From: a virus
Taxonomy: Duplodnaviria > Caudoviricetes
Reading direction: 5' to 3' (one strand)
Virus record (IMG/VR): IMGVR_UViG_3300011334_000276
Coordinates: 1 to 45,122 of that record
Length of the DNA: 45,122 nt
The translations under genes were made by a program, and so were the position numbers. The notes under the pieces are model-generated. The model searched no databases. It was given only the letters and a program-made list of their open reading frames with translations, and was not told the DNA's origin. Shown piece after piece: positions 17,237 through 24,139 of the stretch. Numbering within the stretch: the stretch's first letter is position 1; the number at the start of each line of letters is the position of its first letter.

Positions 17237-17838
17237 TCAGGCGGGTCACACGGGCGGAGTGCGAGCGGCTGGTGGTGGGGGTGCATTATGCCCACCGCTG
17301 GCCCTCGATAAGCCACGCCTTCGGCCTGTTCAGGGGTGGGGAGATGGTTGGGTGCGTGACGTATGGCACACCCGCCAGCAGCCCCCTGCGGATAGGCATA
17401 GCGGGCGCGGAGTTCGCGGGGTCGGTGCTTGAGTTGAACAGACTGGTGCTGGATCACAACATCAAGAACGATGCGTCAATGCTCGTGGCAGCCAGCCTGC
17501 GGATGCTGGGTGGTGACCATATCGTGATCTCGTTTGCTGACACCGAGCAGGGCCACCGTGGTGTGGTGTATCAGGCATGCAGCTTCACCTACCACGGCCT
17601 GTCAGCCAAGCGCACAAACTGGAAGGTTCGCGGGATGGAGCATCTGCATGGCATTACCATCGCAGATCAGTTCAGGGGCGTGGAGAACCGCGCGCAGGCG
17701 ATGCGTGACAAGTACGGCGATGATTTCTATCTGGAGCCTCGGCCACGCAAGCATCGGTACATAAAGATCATCGGGTCGCGGGGCTTCAGGGCCAAGGCGG
17801 CGCGGGCGATAAAGTACGGCCAGATGCCGTACCCATGA
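17233..17838 (+). CDS. Mom-like (GNAT-fold) DNA adenine modification protein
   Basis: HYA, FGLF, G..TYG.P, VLELNRL, S.L...SLR.L, ISFAD..QGH.G.VYQA..F.Y.G, KHRYI. Confidence 0.85.
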   Translation: MIRRVTRAECERLVVGVHYAHRWPSISHAFGLFRGGEMVGCVTYGTPASSPLRIGIAGAEFAGSVLELNRLVLDHNIKNDASMLVAASLRMLGGDHIVISFADTEQGHRGVVYQACSFTYHGLSAKRTNWKVRGMEHLHGITIADQFRGVENRAQAMRDKYGDDFYLEPRPRKHRYIKIIGSRGFRAKAARAIKYGQMPYP

Positions 17839-17853
17839 AAGGGCGGGAGAAGA

Positions 17854-18354
17854 ATGGTAAATGTTAAACTGACCAAGGCTGAGATGTCATCGTGCGATCA
17901 GGGCGCGGCACTGCGGTGGCAGATGGCTCGATCCAGTGGAGTGTCTGACCAGCAAAAGGCCCCGCAGGACAACATTGACCTCTTGGGCATCAAGGCTGAG
18001 TTGGCTGTCTCAAAGGTTCTGCAACTGCCGTACAGCCCAGCCGTGCTGGGCATCGACAACGGCGCAGACATGTGGGCGGGAGATTGGAGCATTGACGTTA
18101 AGGCTTCATTTCACGAGCGCGGCAGGCTCTTGTTCAAATCAAAGGAGTCTTTCCGAGCAGACATGTCTGTCCTTGTGACCGCCACAGATGAGCCGTCCGT
18201 GATGTTTATCGAGGGCGGCATTAGCCAAAAGAGGTTTATGGCAGAGGCCAAGGTTGTGAATCTCGGCCATGGCAATTGCTGGATTGTGGAGAGGCATGAA
18301 TTGACACCCATTGAGGAGATTTGGCTGGCGATAACCAAGGTCAGGGTGGGTTGA
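17854..18354 (+). CDS. hypothetical protein, possible PD-(D/E)XK fold
   Basis: G.KAELAV, D.G.D, IDVKAS. Confidence 0.6.
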   Translation: MVNVKLTKAEMSSCDQGAALRWQMARSSGVSDQQKAPQDNIDLLGIKAELAVSKVLQLPYSPAVLGIDNGADMWAGDWSIDVKASFHERGRLLFKSKESFRADMSVLVTATDEPSVMFIEGGISQKRFMAEAKVVNLGHGNCWIVERHELTPIEEIWLAITKVRVG

Positions 18355-18431
18355 AAATAGTTGTTGCAACGCCCCGTGTGGAATGTTAATGAACACACAT
18401 GGGGCATTACGCCCCGCCAGCAGATGGAGAT
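18352..18431 (+). promoter_or_regulatory. promoter-hairpin-RBS cassette, copy 4
   Basis: TGAAAATAG-N3-TTGCAA-N17-TAATGA; CACAT GGGGC-ATTAC-GCCCC GC; TGGAGAT. Confidence 0.75.
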
Positions 18432-18435
18432 GAAG

Positions 18436-18669
18436 ATGCTTGAGCGTGTTGTGATGGAAGTGGAATTCCGTGGTTTCCTGTTTGAGATTGAGGCTGTGGT
18501 TGACGTGTCCGAGGGCGGCAGCGACAGCTACGGCAGCGACGAGCCATACTGGCTTGACGTTGAGGTTCAGGACATCCTGAACCCACGGCGCGAGAAGCCG
18601 ATCAGCGACAGGCTGCGCGAGAAAATTATTGGCCTCTACGAGGAAAACATCGCAAACAAGTTTTTGTGA
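18436..18669 (+). CDS. acidic hypothetical protein
   Basis: directly after cassette RBS. Confidence 0.75.
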   Translation: MLERVVMEVEFRGFLFEIEAVVDVSEGGSDSYGSDEPYWLDVEVQDILNPRREKPISDRLREKIIGLYEENIANKFL

Positions 18670-18746
18670 TAGGAACGCCTTGACCAGCGGGCAAATGCTG
18701 GCGGTATGCCGTCGAGAGCCGCGCACCTAGCCGCGCAATCACGGTA

Positions 18747-18785
18747 GCGCGCAGTCTCAAGCTCCTCCCAGTTGAGACTGCGCGC
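18747..18785 (+). repeat. 14-bp perfect inverted repeat with CTCCTCCC loop
   Basis: GCGCGCAGTCTCAA-GCTCCTCCCAG-TTGAGACTGCGCGC. Confidence 0.9.
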
Positions 18786-18829
18786 ATTATATGCTACATT
18801 GCCGCCACCCAGCACATGGAGTGGCGGTT

Positions 18830-19306
18830 ATGATTTTTGATATGACTGATGAATTGTTTGATGAAATCTGCGAGCGGATGGTTGATGGCGAGAGCGTCAG
18901 GACTATTTGCAAAGACGATCATATGCCTGCTATTAGCACGTTGATGAAGATTTTGAACCAAAACCCTGATCGATCAGCACAATATGCGCGCGCGCTGCAA
19001 ATGCGGGCCGATGCGATGTTCGAGGAGATCATGGACATCTCCGATGACGGCAGCAACGATTACATGCTGCGCAACGCCGACGATCCGACCTCGATTGTGC
19101 TTAACGGCGAGCATGTCCAGCGCAGCAAGCTGCGTGTGGATTCGCGCAAGTGGGCGCTGGGCCGCATGAACCCCAAAAAATATGGCGAGAAGACCTTCAT
19201 CGGCGGCGTTGATGACGCGCCCGTCAAGGTGCAGAACACCATCGACGTGTCGAACCTGTCCCTTGAGGAACTGGAGACGCTGGAGAAGGTGCTGTCCAAT
19301 GGGTAA
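18830..19306 (+). CDS. terS: terminase small subunit
   Basis: ICER...GES.R.IC.D..MP..ST, Y.RA....AD, GEHVQRSKLRVD.RKW...RM.PKKYG. Confidence 0.9.
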   Translation: MIFDMTDELFDEICERMVDGESVRTICKDDHMPAISTLMKILNQNPDRSAQYARALQMRADAMFEEIMDISDDGSNDYMLRNADDPTSIVLNGEHVQRSKLRVDSRKWALGRMNPKKYGEKTFIGGVDDAPVKVQNTIDVSNLSLEELETLEKVLSNG

Positions 19307-19517
19307 ATGGAAACCAATTGGAACTGCGCCAAAAGACGGCACGGTGATCCTGCTGCGCGGCGGAGTTATCTGCGAAAATTCAATGTATGGAGACTTGTAC
19401 CGAAATCGGCCTGTAACAGCGTTCTGGGTCGAAGATTTTTGGTGTGTAGCCATATTTGATGAAACTTTTTATACCTTCTGCGAAAACCCAGTTGAGTGGT
19501 GTGAGGTGCCTGACTAA
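19299..19517 (+). CDS. DUF551-like phage protein
   Basis: WKPIGTAPKDGT.ILL...P..W..VP. Confidence 0.75.
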   Translation: MGKWKPIGTAPKDGTVILLRGGVICENSMYGDLYRNRPVTAFWVEDFWCVAIFDETFYTFCENPVEWCEVPD

Positions 19518-20116
19518 TGGGTAAGACTTATGTGATGACCGACATCCACGGCAGACTGGAGCCTCTCAAGTCCCTACTGGCGCAGATACCAGAGGGCGCG
19601 AAGATCGTGTTCCTCGGTGACTATGTGGATCGCGGCAGCCAGAGCCGTGAGGTGGTGGCGTTGGTGCGCTCGCTGCCCAACACCGTGTGCCTGCGCGGCA
19701 ACCACGAGGACATGGTCTGCGCCCCAGACCCCAGAAACTGGCTGGCCAACGGCGGCGCGGCCACCCTCATGTCATACCAGCACCCTGTGACTGGAGAGGT
19801 GGACGTGGATGCGTTCTTGGATGACGTGGAGTGGTTCTATGACCTCCCCACCACACACAGCGATGCCAAGCGCGTCTATGTACACGCCGCCGTCGATCCA
19901 TCGTACGATCTCAAAGACCAACCAGAGAGCGTCACCCAGTGGTATCGATACCCCGCAGGCGATGACATCGGCTACCGTGGGATGACGGTGGTGCATGGCC
20001 ACACCCCAGGTGTTTTCGAGGGCAAGAGCCGCATCTGCCTCGACGCTGGCATGTCCAAGATGTGCTGCGGCGTGTTCGATGATGACAGTGACACGGTGGA
20101 ACTGCTGTGGGCATGA
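19517..20116 (+). CDS. Ser/Thr protein phosphatase (metallophosphoesterase, NinI-like)
   Basis: DIHG, GDYVDRG, GNHE, VHA, HGHTP. Confidence 0.92.
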   Translation: MGKTYVMTDIHGRLEPLKSLLAQIPEGAKIVFLGDYVDRGSQSREVVALVRSLPNTVCLRGNHEDMVCAPDPRNWLANGGAATLMSYQHPVTGEVDVDAFLDDVEWFYDLPTTHSDAKRVYVHAAVDPSYDLKDQPESVTQWYRYPAGDDIGYRGMTVVHGHTPGVFEGKSRICLDAGMSKMCCGVFDDDSDTVELLWA

Positions 20117-21747
20117 TCAAGCTGCCCTTTGGCATCGACACCGCTGCGCAATTGAAGGCAATCGAGAAGCGTAAGTGCGAAATATCTCTGGCCGAGTACG
20201 TCAGGGCGGCGTGGCATGTGATCGAGCCTGAGCAGCCCTACGTCCACGGCTGGCACATCGACTTCATCTGCGCGCACCTTGAGGCCATCACGCGCGGCGA
20301 GGTCGTGGATGATGGCACCTATTACAACCGCCTTCTGGTCAACGTCCCACCTGGCACGATGAAGTCTCTGCTGATTGGCGTGTTCTGGCCATCGTGGGAG
20401 TGGGGGCCGCAGAACATGCCGTCTATGCGCTACGTCTGCGCCTCGCACTCGCTGGAGCTTGCGATCCGCGACAGCCTGCGCATGCGGCGACTGGTCAGCA
20501 GCGAGTGGTATCAGGGTCACTGGGGCGACCGTGTGAAGCTGGTGGGCGACCAGAACGCCAAGGGCAAATTCGAGACGACCGCCACAGGATCGCGGCAGGC
20601 ATGCGCCTTCGCGGGCATCACAGGCTACCGTGGCGACCGTGTGATCATCGATGACCCGCACAGCGTGGATGACGCAAACTCGGAAGCCAAGCGCAAGACC
20701 ACAACCGACCTGTTCAAGGAGGCCGTGACATCGCGCCTTAACAACCCTGACCGATCCGCCATCGTGGTGGTGATGCAGCGCCTGCACGAACTGGACGTGT
20801 CGGGCGTGATCCTTGAGGCGGGCGGCATGGGGTATGATCACATCATGCTTCCGATGCGTTACGACCCCCTGCGGGCGAAGCCGACGATGCTGGGCTATGA
20901 AGACCCCCGCGAGTATGACGGCGAACTGTTGTTTGAGGAACGCTTCCCTGAGCATGTGGTTGACCGCGACGAGTCCGCCATGGGGCCATACGCGACCGCA
21001 GGGCAGTATGCCCAAAGCCCAGAGCCTCGCGGCGGCGGGATTGTTCAGGATGCGTGGTGGCAACTGTGGGAGCGGCCAGAATACCCGCCCATCGAGTACA
21101 TTGTGGCATCTCTGGACACCGCCTACACGACCAAGGCCGAGAACGACCCCAGTGCGCTGACGATCTGGGGCGTGTTCGGCGGCAGTTCTGACTCTGCGGC
21201 CACAAGGATGGTTGACCGATACGGCAGGCAGATGGACATCACGCGCAGCTTCCAATCGTCCGCGCTTGGCCCCGTACCAAAGGCGATGCTGATGTATGCG
21301 TGGCAGGACAAGCTTGAGGTTCATGACCTGACCGAGAAGGTGGCAGGCATCTGCAAGCGCATGAAAGTGGACGTGCTGCTGATCGAGAACAAGGCGGCGG
21401 GCCACTCGGTGGCGCAGGAGATGCGGCGGCTGTTTGGCAACGAGGACTTTGTTGTCCAAATGTATGACCCCAAGACCCTCGACAAGGTGGCGCGGCTGTA
21501 CAGCATCCAGCACATCTTCAGCGAGGGCATGGTGTACGCCCCCAACAAGGACTGGGCCGAGATGGTGATCAGGCAGGTATCGTCCTTCCCGCGAGGAAAA
21601 CACGACGATCTTGTCGATACCGTAAGTATGGCCTTGAAACATCTGCGCGATGTGGGTATGCTTACACGAGCCGCAGAACGAATGGCTGAGATCGAGGGCG
21701 ACAAGCAATTCCACGGAAATGGAGACGTGCCGCTCTACAACACATGA
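20113..21747 (+). CDS. terL: terminase large subunit
   Basis: NVPPGTMKS (Walker A), VIIDDP (Walker B), VMQRLH, SLDTA, IENKA.G, FP.G.HDDLVD. Confidence 0.95.
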   Translation: MIKLPFGIDTAAQLKAIEKRKCEISLAEYVRAAWHVIEPEQPYVHGWHIDFICAHLEAITRGEVVDDGTYYNRLLVNVPPGTMKSLLIGVFWPSWEWGPQNMPSMRYVCASHSLELAIRDSLRMRRLVSSEWYQGHWGDRVKLVGDQNAKGKFETTATGSRQACAFAGITGYRGDRVIIDDPHSVDDANSEAKRKTTTDLFKEAVTSRLNNPDRSAIVVVMQRLHELDVSGVILEAGGMGYDHIMLPMRYDPLRAKPTMLGYEDPREYDGELLFEERFPEHVVDRDESAMGPYATAGQYAQSPEPRGGGIVQDAWWQLWERPEYPPIEYIVASLDTAYTTKAENDPSALTIWGVFGGSSDSAATRMVDRYGRQMDITRSFQSSALGPVPKAMLMYAWQDKLEVHDLTEKVAGICKRMKVDVLLIENKAAGHSVAQEMRRLFGNEDFVVQMYDPKTLDKVARLYSIQHIFSEGMVYAPNKDWAEMVIRQVSSFPRGKHDDLVDTVSMALKHLRDVGMLTRAAERMAEIEGDKQFHGNGDVPLYNT

Positions 21748-21757
21748 AGGAAGATGA

Positions 21758-21997
21758 ATGATTACCGATGAAATTAAGTTGCTGACCCGCCGCATTTCCC
21801 AAGCCGCGACCGAGGATGGCAGCGCAAAGCTGTCAGACATCATCGTTGCCATGGCATTTGCATATGTCAGCATGTGCCGCGCCTTCAAGGAGGAAGGCAC
21901 CACCAATGAGCAAGTCCTTGAGGCCGCGCACGGTCTGGTCGATGCCTCAAATGAAATCATCGGCACAATGATGGAGAATGCAAATGGACAAGTTTGA
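21758..21997 (+). CDS. hypothetical helical protein
   Basis: AAGGA RBS; operon position. Confidence 0.7.
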   Translation: MITDEIKLLTRRISQAATEDGSAKLSDIIVAMAFAYVSMCRAFKEEGTTNEQVLEAAHGLVDASNEIIGTMMENANGQV

Positions 21998-22205
21998 TCT
22001 CGCGCAGAAGATTGCGGATTTCGTCAATGAGCAGATCGAAAATTCCGATATTGAACTGTATGAGGTGGTCAACGCCTTGGCTGCCACTCTCGCGGCTACC
22101 GCGCTCTCTTCGGCCAAGGAGGGCTTTGAAAAGGAGGCCCTCCTGACTGCGGCGATACTCACACACCGCCATGGCGCGGCGATGATAGAGGGGGAAAAGA
22201 AATGA
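21984..22205 (+). CDS. hypothetical helical protein
   Basis: GGAG RBS; similar to 22202..22471. Confidence 0.7.
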   Translation: MDKFDLAQKIADFVNEQIENSDIELYEVVNALAATLAATALSSAKEGFEKEALLTAAILTHRHGAAMIEGEKK

Positions 22206-22471
22206 CCGATGACGAGAAGAAAATCCAACTGGCGATTGCTGTATCTTCCGCCGTGCAAGACACATGCATCAAGCTCAAGATTCAGCCGTACGATGCAGTC
22301 GAGGTTATGGCGAAGGCCATGATGATTTTGGCGATCTCCTCGTCAAGGGAGGGGCGCGAGGCCGATGTCGTTCTGGACATTGTTGGGATGATCTGGGAAC
22401 TCGGCACCGACATGACCGAAGCAAAACGTGGGGAGGGCGACAATGCGAGTTCTGTGCAACGCAACCATTGA
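22202..22471 (+). CDS. hypothetical helical protein
   Basis: ATGA-coupled; similar to 21984..22205. Confidence 0.7.
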   Translation: MTDDEKKIQLAIAVSSAVQDTCIKLKIQPYDAVEVMAKAMMILAISSSREGREADVVLDIVGMIWELGTDMTEAKRGEGDNASSVQRNH

Positions 22472-22616
22472 TGGCGACACCGTGACTGTGGTGGGCGCTG
22501 CGGGTCACAGCGGGATCACCCGCATCTATGTGATTGAGAATGAGGACGAGACGGCGATGGCCATGGAGGGCATCCGCCGCTTTGTTGAGGAATTCCAGAA
22601 TGGAGATGAGGGATGA
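22443..22616 (+). CDS. hypothetical protein
   Basis: GGAGG RBS; R.Y.I......AMEGIRRFVEE. Confidence 0.7.
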   Translation: MRVLCNATIDGDTVTVVGAAGHSGITRIYVIENEDETAMAMEGIRRFVEEFQNGDEG

Positions 22617-22945
22617 ACTTTTACATGTGGGGGCAGAACAATACGGGCGGGGTGTTCATCACTAATGACATCCTGTCGCACTTCGTTGTTATTGAGGCCG
22701 AGAACTACAAGGAGGCCGAACAAAAAGCTCTTGAATTGGGCGTTTACTATCACGGTGTAACCGATGGCGCAGACTGCGGGTGTTGCGGCGACCGCTGGGG
22801 CGGCGGTGAATTGCTGGAGATCGATGATGGCGACACCATCGAAGCCTTTCTACAGCGCAATGAGGATGAATACCCTTGGAGCGGAGCCGTGACTATCCTG
22901 CACCTCGCTGACGGCTCCAAGAAAATATTCGAGCCACGCAAATGA
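22613..22945 (+). CDS. conserved hypothetical phage protein
   Basis: QNNTGG.F, VVIEA, G.Y..GV..G.DC.CCGDRW. Confidence 0.8.
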   Translation: MNFYMWGQNNTGGVFITNDILSHFVVIEAENYKEAEQKALELGVYYHGVTDGADCGCCGDRWGGGELLEIDDGDTIEAFLQRNEDEYPWSGAVTILHLADGSKKIFEPRK

Positions 22946-23181
22946 TCGACCCAAAAGAACTGATCGATCTGCCTCACGGCCAAGCTGAATTGGTTTTGAA
23001 GCGTGAGGGATGCTGGGCCATGAAAAAGTTCAAGGTGCGGGTGGTAGGTCGCTACTACGCGCCCCTTGAAAGCAAAGTTGTCACGGTCGAGGCTCTCGAC
23101 CAGCGCAGCGCAGAGCTTAAGGCCGAGAATATGTCTGGCTTTGATTTTTTTGATGAAACTGAAATTATAGGAGAAGAATAA
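22942..23181 (+). CDS. hypothetical protein
   Basis: ATGA-coupled; V.VEA.D...AE.KA. Confidence 0.7.
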   Translation: MIDPKELIDLPHGQAELVLKREGCWAMKKFKVRVVGRYYAPLESKVVTVEALDQRSAELKAENMSGFDFFDETEIIGEE

Positions 23182-23381
23182 TGGAATTATGGATGGTTGC
23201 CGCGCAGTTGCTCTACCTGATCCCCGTGATCTGGTTCATCACCGACTTTGACTATGTAGTCGAGTCTGTCCGCGACACGTTCCCCACTATGAAGGAGGGC
23301 CATGTCACCGTTGCGATACTGGTCATCATCTTCTGGCCCATCACGGCAATTGTGGGCATTTTGTTTGGGGGTGACGAATGA
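23181..23381 (+). CDS. small membrane protein
   Basis: two hydrophobic segments, FWP motif. Confidence 0.7.
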   Translation: MELWMVAAQLLYLIPVIWFITDFDYVVESVRDTFPTMKEGHVTVAILVIIFWPITAIVGILFGGDE

Positions 23382-23596
23382 TCTGGAACCTATGGAAGAA
23401 AATACGCAAGTTTGAAGATTATTTTGTCGATACAGAGCGACAAGAGCGCGTCAAAGCCATGCAGGCGGAGCAAATTAGTATTCAGTTAGAACTTGGATTT
23501 GATCCGAGTGACAGTGTTCAGGGTTGGCTGCGCTTGCATCAAATCTTGAAAGATCATGAAGATCGAATTAAGAGCTTGGAGGCTTCATCAAAATGA
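23378..23596 (+). CDS. hypothetical protein
   Basis: ATGA-coupled; ends HEDRIKSLE. Confidence 0.7.
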   Translation: MIWNLWKKIRKFEDYFVDTERQERVKAMQAEQISIQLELGFDPSDSVQGWLRLHQILKDHEDRIKSLEASSK

Positions 23597-24084
23597 TCAT
23601 CAACGGCGCTGACCTTTTGTATCGCGCCCCAATCAAGGGCATGATCACCGAGAAACGCCGCGAACACGGCGTGTCTTGGGGCCTGTCTGAGGCGGGGTAT
23701 GACATCCGCATCAAGCAGGATATTGTCTTCGAGAAAAGCTACGGTGAGTTCATAGTGATTGTGGATGGCATACAGACAAACACGGGCAGATTTACCATCG
23801 CCAGTGCCATCGAAGAGTTCCATATGCCGAACAATCTGGTGGGCATTGTCCACGACAAGTCTACATGGGCGCGTCAGGGGCTTTCGGTTTTCAACACTGT
23901 GATCGAGAACGGTTGGTGCGGGTGGCTGACACTTGAGCTTTTGTATCACGGGAGTGAGGGTCTGCACATTCCTGCGGGTGCGGGGATTGCTCAGGTGATC
24001 TTCCATGAGACAATTGAAAGGGCATCGTACGATGGAAAGTATATGAACCAGCCCGACCGACCTGTTGAGGCCATCTCGCGTTGA
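23593..24084 (+). CDS. dcd: dCTP deaminase (trimeric dUTPase superfamily)
   Basis: GYDIR, KSTWAR.GL, IENGW.G.LTLE, IAQ..F, Y.GKY..Q. Confidence 0.82.
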   Translation: MIINGADLLYRAPIKGMITEKRREHGVSWGLSEAGYDIRIKQDIVFEKSYGEFIVIVDGIQTNTGRFTIASAIEEFHMPNNLVGIVHDKSTWARQGLSVFNTVIENGWCGWLTLELLYHGSEGLHIPAGAGIAQVIFHETIERASYDGKYMNQPDRPVEAISR

Positions 24085-24121
24085 TATTCATGGCTGCGTC
24101 TGCTAATGTGGGCGCAGCCAT
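24081..24121 (+). promoter_or_regulatory. promoter upstream of portal, overlapped by an inverted repeat
   Basis: TTGATA-N17-TAATGT; ATGGCTGCG...CGCAGCCAT. Confidence 0.55.
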
Positions 24122-24139
24122 TATCTTTGAGGGAACCCG

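Noticed and set aside
8057-18431. CRISPR array or integron attC reading of the repeated hairpin cassettes
   Set aside because: Copies are kilobases apart, short, tied to promoters and RBSs, and there is no cas gene or integrase.
19972-21966. 664-aa minus-strand ORF opposite terL
   Set aside because: Antisense shadow of a GC-rich gene with biased codon use; no motifs or RBS. The same applies to long antisense ORFs over portal, MCP, SPFH and the lysis genes.
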